Shown here piece by piece: positions 1 through 11,100 of a DNA stretch of 64,000 bases. Source of the stretch: the human T2T-CHM13v2.0 reference genome, Homo sapiens; assembly GCF_009914755.1 (NCBI RefSeq), contig NC_060930.1. The stretch is one strand, 5' to 3'. Numbering within the stretch: the stretch's first letter is position 1; the number at the start of each line of letters is the position of its first letter. The notes under the pieces were generated by a model. It had not been told where the DNA came from, did no database searches, and saw only the letters and a list, made by a program, of their open reading frames with translations. The position numbers were made by a program, and so were the translations under genes.

Positions 1-329
1 AACGGGATTTCTTCATCTAAACCTACAGAGAAGTATTCTCAGTAACTTCTTCGGATGTGTGCATTCGACGCACAGAATGGAACATTCCCTTTGATAGAGC
101 AGTTTTGAGACACCGTTTTTGTAGAATTCCCAAGTGGATATTTAGAGCACTTTGAAGTCTCTGCTAGAAAAGGAAACATCTTCATGTAAAAAGTAGATAG
201 AATCGTTCTCAGAAAGTGCTTAGTGACGTGTGCGTTCAACTCACAGAGTTTAACGTTTCTTTTGATAGAGCGTTTCTGAAACACCCTTCTTGTAGTAGCT
301 GCAAGTGGATATTTGGACCTATTGGAGGC

Positions 330-346
330 CTTCTTTGGAAATGGGA
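330..346 (+). other. Degenerate CENP-B box (both CpGs lost; fixed in the HOR)
   Basis: CTTCTTTGGAAATGGGA at the expected box position. Confidence 0.85.
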
Positions 347-839
347 TTTCTTCATGTAACTCTAGATTGAAGAGTTCTCAGAAACTCCTTTGTGATGTGT
401 GCATTCAATTCAAAGAGTGAAACCTCCCTTTTCACAGAGCAGTTTTGAAACACTGTTTTTGTAGGATTTCCAAGGGGATATTTATAGCGCATTGAGCCTA
501 CGGCGGAAAAAGAAACATCTTCCTATAAAAACTAGACAGAATACTTCTCAGAATCTGCTTTGCGATGTGTGCGTTCAACTCACAGAGTAAAACTTTTCTT
601 TTGATAGAGCAGTTTTGAAACACTCTTTTTGTAGTATTTGCATGTGTATATTTAGAGCGCATTGAAGCCCACAGTAGAAAAGGAAATAACTTCACCTAAA
701 ACCTAGACAGAAGCAATCACAGAAACTACTTTGTGATGTGTACATTCAACTCACAGAGTGGAACTTTCCTCTTTATAGAGCAGTGTTGAAACACTCTTTT
801 TGTAGAAACTGCAAGTGGATATTTGGACCTCTTTGAGGC

Positions 840-856
840 CTTCGTTGGAAACGGGA
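840..856 (+). promoter_or_regulatory. CENP-B box (intact; same offset in each HOR)
   Basis: CTTCGTTGGAAACGGGA matches the 17-bp consensus YTTCGTTGGAARCGGGA. Confidence 0.95.
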
Positions 857-1179
857 TTTCTTCCTATAACCCTAGACAGAAGAATTTTCAGAAACCTCAT
901 TGTGATGTGTGCGTTCATCTCACAGAGTGGAGTCTTCCGTTTGATAGAGAAGTTTTGAAACCCTGTTCTTGTAGGATTTCCAAGTGGATATTTAGACCAC
1001 TTTGAAGCCTATGATAGAAAAGGAAACATCTTCATGGAAAACATAGATAGAATCATCCTCAGAAACAACTTTGTGATGTGTGCGTTGAACTCACCGTCTT
1101 TAACCTTTCTTTTGGTAGAGAAGTTTTGAAACACTCTCTTTGTAAAGTCTACAAGTGGATATTTTGAGCCCTTGGAGGC

Positions 1180-1196
1180 ATTCTTTGGAAAAGGGA
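1180..1196 (+). other. Degenerate CENP-B box (both CpGs lost; fixed in the HOR)
   Basis: ATTCTTTGGAAAAGGGA at the expected box position. Confidence 0.85.
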
Positions 1197-1521
1197 ATGT
1201 CTTCACATAAAAGGCAGACGGAAGTGTTCTCAGAAACTGCTTTGTGATGTCTGTGTTCAACTCACAGAGTTTAACATTTCCTTTGATAGAGCGGTTTAGT
1301 AACCCTCTCTTTGTAGAATTTGGAAGTGTATACTAAGAGCGCTTTGAGGCCTATGGTAGAAAAGGAAATATCTTTCCATAAAAGCTAGACAGAAGCAATC
1401 TCAGAAACTCCTCTGTGATGTCTGCATTCAACTCACCGAGTGGAACATTCCTCTTGAGAGAGCAGTTTGGAAACACTCTTTCTGTAGAATCAGCTTGTTT
1501 GTATTTGGACCTCCTTGAGGC

Positions 1522-1538
1522 CTTCGTTGGAAACGGGT
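1522..1538 (+). promoter_or_regulatory. CENP-B box, variant last base, core intact
   Basis: CTTCGTTGGAAACGGGT keeps the essential NTTCGNNNNANNCGGGN positions. Confidence 0.88.
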
Positions 1539-1861
1539 TTTCATCTTATAAACCCAGACAGAAGAATTCTCAGAGTCTTCTTTGTGATGTGTGCTTTCAA
1601 CTCACCGAGATAAAGATTTCTCTTGATAGAGCAATTTGGAAACACTCTTTTTGTAGAATTTGCAAGGGTACATTGAGAGCGCTTTCAGGCCTATGGTAGA
1701 AAAGGGAATATCTTTCCATAAAAGGTAGACAGAAGCAATCTCAGAAACTACTTTGTGATGTGTGCATTCAACTCACCGAGTGCAACGTTCCTCTTGACCG
1801 AGCAGTTTGGAAACATTGTTTCTGTAGAATCTGCAAGTGGATATTTGGACCTCTTTGAGGC

Positions 1862-1878
1862 CTTCGTTGGAAACGGGA
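1862..1878 (+). promoter_or_regulatory. CENP-B box (intact)
   Basis: CTTCGTTGGAAACGGGA. Confidence 0.95.
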
Positions 1879-2201
1879 TTTCTTCCTATAAACCCAGACA
1901 GAAGAATTCTCAGAGACTTCTTTGTGATGTGTGAATTCAACTCACAGTGTGGATCCTTCCTTTTGATAGAGCAGTTTTGAAACCCTGTTTTTGTAGTATT
2001 TCCAAGCGGATATTTGGAACGCCTTGAAGCGTATGGTAGAAAAGGAAATATCTTCCCATAAAACCTAGACAGAACCAATCTCAGAAACGACTTTGTGATG
2101 TCTGCATTCAAGTCACAGAGTTGAACATTTCTCTTGATAGAGCAGTTTTGAAACCCTCTTTCTGAAGGATCTGCAAGTGGATATTTGGAACTCCTTTGGG
2201 T

Positions 2202-2218
2202 CTTCGTTGGAAACGGGA
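2202..2218 (+). promoter_or_regulatory. CENP-B box (intact), 12 bp upstream of the 15-mer junction block
   Basis: CTTCGTTGGAAACGGGA. Confidence 0.95.
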
Positions 2219-2541
2219 TTTCTTCGTATAAATCTAGACAGAAGAATTCTCAGAAACTTCCTTGTGATGTGTGCATTCAACTCAGCGAGTGGCACCTTCC
2301 TTTGGATACAGCAGTTTTGAAACACTGTTTTTGTAGTATTTCCAAGCGGATATTTAGAGCGCCTTGAAGCCTATGCTAGAAATGGAAATATCTCCCCATA
2401 AAACCAAGACGGAAGCAATCTCAGAAACTAATGTGTGATGGCTGCATTCCACACACACGGTGGACCATTTCTCTTGATAGAGCAGTTTTGAAACACTCTT
2501 TCTGTAGAATCTGCAAGTGGATAATTGGACCTCCTAGAGGC

Positions 2542-2558
2542 CTTCGTTGGAAACGGGA
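2542..2558 (+). promoter_or_regulatory. CENP-B box (intact)
   Basis: CTTCGTTGGAAACGGGA. Confidence 0.95.
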
Positions 2559-5102
2559 TTTCTTCATCTAAACCTACAGAGAAGTATTCTCAGTAACTTC
2601 TTCGGATGTGTGCATTCGACGCACAGAATGGAACATTCCCTTTGATAGAGCAGTTTTGAGACACCGTTTTTGTAGAATTCCCAAGTGGATATTTAGAGCA
2701 CTTTGAAGTCTCTGCTAGAAAAGGAAACATCTTCATGTAAAAAGTAGATAGAATCGTTCTCAGAAAGTGCTTAGTGACGTGTGCGTTCAACTCACAGAGT
2801 TTAACGTTTCTTTTGATAGAGCGTTTCTGAAACACCCTTCTTGTAGTAGCTGCAAGTGGATATTTGGACCTATTGGAGGCCTTCTTTGGAAATGGGATTT
2901 CTTCATGTAACTCTAGATTGAAGAGTTCTCAGAAACTCCTTTGTGATGTGTGCATTCAATTCAAAGAGTGAAACCTCTCTTTTCACAGAGCAGTTTTGAA
3001 ACACTGTTTTTGTAGGATTTCCAAGGGGATATTTATAGCGCATTGAGCCTACGGCGGAAAAAGAAACATCTTCCTATAAAAACTAGACAGAATACTTCTC
3101 AGAATCTGCTTTGCGATGTGTGCGTTCAACTCACAGAGTAAAACTTTTCTTTTGATAGAGCAGTTTTGAAACACTCTTTTTGTAGTATTTGCATGTGTAT
3201 ATTTAGAGCGCATTGAAGCCCACAGTAGAAAAGGAAATAACTTCACCTAAAACCTAGACAGAAGCAATCTCAGAAACTACTTTGTGATGTGTACATTCAA
3301 CTCACAGAGTGGAACTTTCCTCTTTATAGAGCAGTGTTGAAACACTCTTTTTGTAGAAACTGCAAGTGGATATTTGGACCTCTTTGAGGCCTTCGTTGGA
3401 AACGGGATTTCTTCCTATAACCCTAGACAGAAGAATTTTCAGAAACCTCATTGTGATGTGTGCGTTCATCTCACAGAGTGGAGTCTTCCGTTTGATAGAG
3501 AAGTTTTGAAACCCTGTTCTTGTAGGATTTCCAAGTGGATATTTAGACCACTTTGAAGCCTATGATAGAAAAGGAAACATCTTCATGGAAAACATAGATA
3601 GAATCATCCTCAGAAACAACTTTGTGATGTGTGCGTTGAACTCACCGTCTTTAACCTTTCTTTTGGTAGAGAAGTTTTGAAACACTCTCTTTGTAAAGTC
3701 TACAAGTGGATATTTTGAGCCCTTGGAGGCATTCTTTGGAAAAGGGAATGTCTTCACATAAAAGGCAGACGGAAGTGTTCTCAGAAACTGCTTTGTGATG
3801 TCTGTGTTCAACTCACAGAGTTTAACATTTCCTTTGATAGAGCGGTTTAGTAACCCTCTCTTTGTAGAATTTGGAAGTGTATACTAAGAGCGCTTTGAGG
3901 CCTATGGTAGAAAAGGAAATATCTTTCCATAAAAGCTAGACAGAAGCAATCTCAGAAACTCCTCTGTGATGTCTGCATTCAACTCACCGAGTGGAACATT
4001 CCTCTTGATAGAGCAGTTTGGAAACACTCTTTCTGTAGAATCAGCTTGTTTGTATTTGGACCTCCTTGAGGCCTTCGTTGGAAACGGGTTTTCATCTTAT
4101 AAACCCAGACAGAAGAATTCTCAGAGTCTTCTTTGTGATGTGTGCTTTCAACTCACCGAGATAAAGATTTCTCTTGATAGAGCAATTTGGAAACACTCTT
4201 TTTGTAGAATTTGCAAGGGTACATTGAGAGCGCTTTCAGGCCTATGGTAGAAAAGGGAATATCTTTCCATAAAAGGTAGACAGAAGCAATCTCAGAAACT
4301 ACTTTGTGATGTGTGCATTCAACTCACCGAGTGCAACGTTCCTCTTGACCGAGCAGTTTGGAAACATTGTTTCTGTAGAATCTGCAAGTGGATATTTGGA
4401 CCTCTTTGAGGCCTTCGTTGGAAACGGGATTTCTTCCTATAAACCCAGACAGAAGAATTCTCAGAGACTTCTTTGTGATGTGTGAATTCAACTCACAGTG
4501 TGGATCCTTCCTTTTGATAGAGCAGTTTTGAAACCCTGTTTTTGTAGTATTTCCAAGCGGATATTTGGAACGCCTTGAAGCGTATGGTAGAAAAGGAAAT
4601 ATCTTCCCATAAAACCTAGACAGAACCAATCTCAGAAACGACTTTGTGATGTCTGCATTCAAGTCACAGAGTTGAACATTTCTCTTGATAGAGCAGTTTT
4701 GAAACCCTCTTTCTGAAGGATCTGCAAGTGGATATTTGGAACTCCTTTGGGTCTTCGTTGGAAACGGGATTTCTTCGTATAAATCTAGACAGAAGAATTC
4801 TCAGAAACTTCCTTGTGATGTGTGCATTCAACTCAGCGAGTGGCACCTTCCTTTGGATACAGCAGTTTTGAAACACTGTTTTTGTAGTATTTCCAAGCGG
4901 ATATTTAGAGCGCCTTGAAGCCTATGCTAGAAATGGAAATATCTCCCCATAAAACCAAGACGGAAGCAATCTCAGAAACTAATGTGTGATGGCTGCATTC
5001 CACACACACGGTGGACCATTTCTCTTGATAGAGCAGTTTTGAAACACTCTTTCTGTAGAATCTGCAAGTGGATAATTGGACCTCCTAGAGGCCTTCGTTG
5101 GA
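2552..5102 (+). repeat. HOR unit U2, 15-mer (2551 bp)
   Basis: Marker spacing 2590->5141. Confidence 0.95.
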
Positions 5103-7640
5103 AACGGGATTTCTTCATCTAAACCTACAGAGAAGTATTCTCAGTAACTTCTTCGGATGTGTGCATTCGACGCACAGAATGGAACATTCCCTTTGATAGA
5201 GCAGTTTTGAGACACCGTTTTTGTAGAATTCCCAAGTGGATATTTAGAGCACTTTGAAGTCTCTGCTAGAAAAGGAAACATCTTCATGTAAAAAGTAGAT
5301 AGAATCGTTCTCAGAAAGTGCTTAGTGTCGTGTGCATTCAACTCACAGAGTTTAACGTTTCTTTTGATAGAGAGTTTCTGAAACACCCTTCTTGTAGTAG
5401 CTGCAAGTGGATATTTGGACCTATTGGAGGCCTTCTTTGGAAATGGGATTTCTTCATGTAACTCTAGAGTGAAGAATTCTCAGAAACTCCTTTGTGATGT
5501 GTGCATTCAATTCAAAGAGTGAAACCTCTCTTTTCACAGAGCAGTTTTGAAACACTGTTTTTGTAGGATTTCCAAGGGGATATTTATAGCGCATTGAGCC
5601 TACGGCAGAAAAAGAAACATCTTCCTATAAAAACTAGACAGAATACTTCTCAGAATCTGCTTTGCGATGTGTGCGTTCAACTCACAGAGTAAAACTTTTC
5701 TTTTGATAGAGCAGTTTTGAAACACTCTTTTTGTAGTATTTGCATGTGTATATTTAGAGCGCATTGAAGCCCACAGTAGAAAAGGAAATAACTTCACCTA
5801 AAACCTAGACAGAAGCAATCTCAGAAACTACTTTGTGATGTGTACATTCAACTCACAGAGTGGAACTTTCCTCTTTATAGAGCAGTGTTGAAACACTCTT
5901 TTTGTAGAAACTGCAAGTGGATATTTGGACCTCTTTGAGGCCTTCGTTGGAAACGGGATTTCTTCCTATAACCCTAGACAGAAGAATTTTCAGAAACCTC
6001 ATTGTGATGTGTGCGTTCATCTCACAGAGTGGAGTCTTCCGTTTGATAGAGAAGTTTTGAAACCCTGTTCTTGTAGGATTTCCAAGTGGATATTTAGACC
6101 ACTTTGAAGCCTATGATAGAAAAGGAAACATCTTCATGGAAAACATAGATAGAATCATCCTCAGAAACAACTTTGTGATGTGTGCGTTGAACTCACCGTC
6201 TTTAACCTTTCTTTTGGTAGAGAAGTTTTGAAACACTCTCTTTGTAAAGTCTACAAGTGGATATTTTGAGCCCTTGGAGGCATTCTTTGGAAAAGGGAAT
6301 GTCTTCACATAAAAGGCAGACGGAAGTGTTCTCAGAAACTGCTTTGTGATGTCTGTGTTCAACTCACAGAGTTTAACATTTCCTTTGATAGAGCGGTTTA
6401 GTAACCCTCTCTTTGTAGAATTTGGAAGTGTATACTAAGAGCGCTTTGAGGCCTATGGTAGAAAAGGAAATATCTTTCCATAAAAGCTAGACAGAAGCAA
6501 TCTCAGAAACTCCTCTGTGATGTCTGCATTCAACTCACCGAGTGGAACATTCCTCTTGAGAGAGCAGTTTGGAAACACTCTTTCTGTAGAATCAGCTTGT
6601 TTGTATTTGGACCTCCTTGAGGCCTTCGTTGGAAACGGGTTTTCATCTTATAAACCCAGACAGAAGAATTCTCAGAGTCTTCTTTGTGATGTGTGCTTTC
6701 AACTCACCGAGATAAAGATTTCTCTTGATAGAGCAATTTGGAAACACTCTTTTTGTAGAATTTGCAAGGGTACATTGAGAGCGCTTTCAGGCCTATGGTA
6801 GAAAAGGGAATATCTTTCCATAAAAGGTAGACAGAAGCAATCTCAGAAACTACTTTGTGATGTGTGCATTCAACTCACCGAGTGCAACGTTCCTCTTGAC
6901 CGAGCAGTTTGGAAACATTGTTTCTGTAGAATCTGCAAGTGGATATTTGGACCTCTTTGAGGCCTTCGTTGGAAACGGGATTTCTTCCTATAAACCCAGA
7001 CAGAAAAATTCTCAGAGACTTCTTTGTGATGTGTGAATTCAACTCACAGTGTGGATCCTTCCTTTTGATAGAGCAGTTTTGAAACCCTGTTTTTGTAGTA
7101 TTTCCAAGCGGATATTTGGAACGCCTTGAAGCGTATGGTAGAAAAGGAAATATCTTCCCATAAAACCTAGACAGAACCAATCTCAGAAACGACTTTGTGA
7201 TGTCTGCATTCAACTCACAGAGTTGAACATTTCTCTTGATAGAGCAGTTTTGAAACCCTCTTTCTGAAGGATCTGCAAGTGGATATTTGGAACTCCTTTG
7301 GGTCTTCGTTGGAAACGGGATTTCTTCGTATAAATCTAGACAGAAGAATTCTCCGAAACTTCTTTGGTTGTGTGCATTCAAGTCACAGAGTGGAACCTTC
7401 CTTTGGATAGAGCAGTTTGAAACGCCGTGGTTGTAGTATTTCCAAGCGGATATTAGAGCGCCTTGAGGCCTATGGTAGAAAAGGAAATATCTTCCCATAA
7501 AACCTAGACGGAAGCAATCTCAGAAACTACTGTGTGATGGCTGCATTCCACACACACGGTGGAACATTTCTCTTTATAGAGCAGTTTTGAAACACTCTTT
7601 CTGTAGAATCTGCAAGTGGATAATTGGACCGCCTTGAGGC

Positions 7641-7657
7641 CTTCGTTGGAAACGGGA
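7641..7657 (+). promoter_or_regulatory. CENP-B box specific to the 18-mer
   Basis: CTTCGTTGGAAACGGGA inside the 506-bp segment absent from 15-mers. Confidence 0.95.
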
Positions 7658-7809
7658 TTTCTTCATGTTACTCTAGATAGAAGAATTCTCAAACACTGCT
7701 ATGTGATGTTTGCATTCAAGTCACAGAGTGCAACATTCCTCTTGGTAGAGCAGTTGGGAAACACTCCTTTTGTAGAATCTGCAATGGGATATTTGGACTT
7801 CTTTGAGGC

Positions 7810-7826
7810 CTTCGTTGGAAACGGGA
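7810..7826 (+). promoter_or_regulatory. Second 18-mer-specific CENP-B box, in the monomer adjacent to the previous one
   Basis: CTTCGTTGGAAACGGGA, 169 bp after the 7641 box. Confidence 0.95.
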
Positions 7827-8159
7827 TTTCTTCGTATGAATCTAGACAGAAGAATTCTCAGAAACTTCCTTGTGATGTGTGCATTCAACTCAGCGAGTGG
7901 CACCTTCCTTTGGATACAGCAGTTTTGAAACACTGTTTTTGTAGTATTTCCAAGCGGATATTTAGAGCGCCTTGAAGCCTATGCTAGAAATGGAAATATC
8001 TCCCCATAAAACCAAGACAGAAGCAATCTCAGAAACTAATGTGTGATGGCTGCATTCCACACACACGGTGGACCATTTCTCTTGATAGAGCAGTTTTGAA
8101 ACACTCTTTCTGTAGAATCTGCAAGTGGATAATTGGACCTCCTAGAGGCCTTCGTTGGA

Positions 8160-11100
8160 AACGGGATTTCTTCATCTAAACCTACAGAGAAGAATTCTCA
8201 GTAACTTCTTCGGATGTGTGCATTCGACTCACAGAATGGAACATTCCCTTTGATAGAGCAGTTTTGAGACACCGTTTTTGTAGAATTCCCAAGTGGATAT
8301 TTAGAGCACTTTGAAGTCTCTGCTAGAAAAGGAAACATCTTCATGTAAAAAGTAGATAGAATCGTTCTCAGAAAGTGCTTAGTGACGTGTGCGTTCAACT
8401 CACAGAGTTTAACGTTTCTTTTGATAGAGCGTTTCTGAAACACCCTTCTTGTAGTAGCTGCAAGTGGATATTTGGACCTATTGGAGGCCTTCTTTGGAAA
8501 TGGGATTTCTTCATGTAACTCTAGATTGAAGAGTTCTCAGAAACTCCTTTGTGATGTGTGCATTCAATTCAAAGAGTGAAACCTCCCTTTTCACAGAGCA
8601 GTTTTGAAACACTGTTTTTGTAGGATTTCCAAGGGGATATTTATAGCGCATTGAGCCTACGGCGGAAAAAGAAACATCTTCCTATAAAAACTAGACAGAA
8701 TACTTCTCAGAATCTGCTTTGCGATGTGTGCGTTCAACTCACAGAGTAAAACTTTTCTTTTGATAGAGCAGTTTTGAAACACTCTTTTTGTAGTATTTGC
8801 ATGTGTATATTTAGAGCGCATTGAAGCCCACAGTAGAAAAGGAAATAACTTCACCTAAAACCTAGACAGAAGCAATCACAGAAACTACTTTGTGATGTGT
8901 ACATTCAACTCACAGAGTGGAACTTTCCTCTTTATAGAGCAGTGTTGAAACACTCTTTTTGTAGAAACTGCAAGTGGATATTTGGACCTCTTTGAGGCCT
9001 TCGTTGGAAACGGGATTTCTTCCTATAACCCTAGACAGAAGAATTTTCAGAAACCTCATTGTGATGTGTGCGTTCATCTCACAGAGTGGAGTCTTCCGTT
9101 TGATAGAGAAGTTTTGAAACCCTGTTCTTGTAGGATTTCCAAGTGGATATTTAGACCACTTTGAAGCCTATGATAGAAAAGGAAACATCTTCATGGAAAA
9201 CATAGATAGAATCATCCTCAGAAACAACTTTGTGATGTGTGCGTTGAACTCACCGTCTTTAACCTTTCTTTTGGTAGAGAAGTTTTGAAACACTCTCTTT
9301 GTAAAGTCTACAAGTGGATATTTTGAGCCCTTGGAGGCATTCTTTGGAAAAGGGAATGTCTTCACATAAAAGGCAGACGGAAGTGTTCTCAGAAACTGCT
9401 TTGTGATGTCTGTGTTCAACTCACAGAGTTTAACATTTCCTTTGATAGAGCGGTTTAGTAACCCTCTCTTTGTAGAATTTGGAAGTGTATACTAAGAGCG
9501 CTTTGAGGCCTATGGTAGAAAAGGAAATATCTTTCCATAAAAGCTAGACAGAAGCAATCTCAGAAACTCCTCTGTGATGTCTGCATTCAACTCACCGAGT
9601 GGAACATTCCTCTTGAGAGAGCAGTTTGGAAACACTCTTTCTGTAGAATCAGCTTGTTTGTATTTGGACCTCCTTGAGGCCTTCGTTGGAAACGGGTTTT
9701 CATCTTATAAACCCAGACAGAAGAATTCTCAGAGTCTTCTTTGTGATGTGTGCTTTCAACTCACCGAGATAAAGATTTCTCTTGATAGAGCAATTTGGAA
9801 ACACTCTTTTTGTAGAATTTGCAAGGGTACATTGAGAGCGTTTTCAGGCCTATGGTAGAAAAGGGAATATCTTTCCATAAAAGGTAGACAGAAGCAATCT
9901 CAGAAACTACTTTGTGACGTGTGCATTCAACTCACCGAGTGCAACGTTCCTCTTGACCGAGCAGTTTGGAAACATTGTTTCTGTAGAATCTGCAAGTGGA
10001 TATTTGGACCTCTTTGAGGCCTTCGTTGGAAACGGGATTTCTTCCTATAAACCCAGACAGAAGAATTCTCAGAGACTTCTTTGTGATGTGTGAATTCAAC
10101 TCACAGTGTGGATCCTTCCTTTTGATAGAGCAGTTTTGAAACCCTGTTTTTGTAGTATTTCCAAGCGGATATTTGGAACGCCTTGAAGCGTATGGTAGAA
10201 AAGGAAATATCTTCCCATAAAACCTAGACAGAACCAATCTCAGAAACGACTTTGTGATGTCTGCATTCAAGTCACAGAGTTGAACATTTCTCTTGATAGA
10301 GCAGTTTTGAAACCCTCTTTCTGAAGGATCTGCAAGTGGATATTTGGAACTCCTTTGGGTCTTCGTTGGAAACGGGATTTCTTCGTATAAATCTAGACAG
10401 AAGAATTCTCAGAAACTTCCTTGTGATGTGTGCATTCAACTCAGCGAGTGGCACCTTCCTTTGGATACAGCAGTTTTGAAACACTGTTTTTGTAGTATTT
10501 CCAAGCGGATATTTAGAGCACCTTGAAGCCTATGCTAGAAATGGAAATATCTCCCCATAAAACCAAGACGGAAGCAATCTCAGAAACTAATGTGTGATGG
10601 CTGCATTCCACACACACGGTGGACCATTTCTCTTGATAGAGCAGTTTTGAAACACTCTTTCTGTAGAATCTGCAAGTGGATAATTGGACCTCCTAGAGGC
10701 CTTCGTTGGAAACGGGATTTCTTCATCTAAACCTACAGAGAAGTATTCTCAGTAACTTCTTCGGATGTGTGCATTCGACGCACAGAATGGAACATTCCCT
10801 TTGATAGAGCAGTTTTGAGACACCGTTTTTGTAGAATTCCCAAGTGGATATTTAGAGCACTTTGAAGTCTCTGCTAGAAAAGGAAACATCTTCATGTAAA
10901 AAGTAGATAGAATCGTTCTCAGAAAGTGCTTAGTGTCGTGTGCGTTCAACTCACAGAGTTTAACGTTTCTTTTGATAGAGCGTTTCTGAAACACCCTTCT
11001 TGTAGTAGCTGCAAGTGGATATTTGGACCTATTGGAGGCCTTCTTTGGAAATGGGATTTCTTCATGTAACTCTAGATTGAAGAATTCTCAGAAACTCCTT

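Larger units (their letters stand above)
1..2551 (+). repeat. HOR unit U1, 15-mer (2551 bp)
   Basis: Marker ORF spacing 39->2590; deletion junction at 2231-2251. Confidence 0.95.
5103..8159 (+). repeat. HOR unit U3, full 18-mer (3057 bp)
   Basis: Marker spacing 5141->8198; contains the extra 506-bp segment ~7354-7859. Confidence 0.95.

Noticed and set aside
2450-2458. CACACACAC run as a microsatellite
   Set aside because: It has only ~4 units, its length appears invariant among HOR copies, and it is part of a monomer.
6875-7498. Longest ORF (207 aa, minus strand) specific to 18-mers, and its 183-aa chimeric version at 49188-49739
   Set aside because: These are chance open frames across satellite monomers, with no gene context or evidence of coding constraint.
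840-8166. Regularly spaced identical CTTCGTTGGAAACGGGA motifs resembling a CRISPR repeat array
   Set aside because: These are CENP-B boxes. The intervening DNA is homologous monomer sequence of 150-830 bp, not unique spacers, and there are no cas genes.
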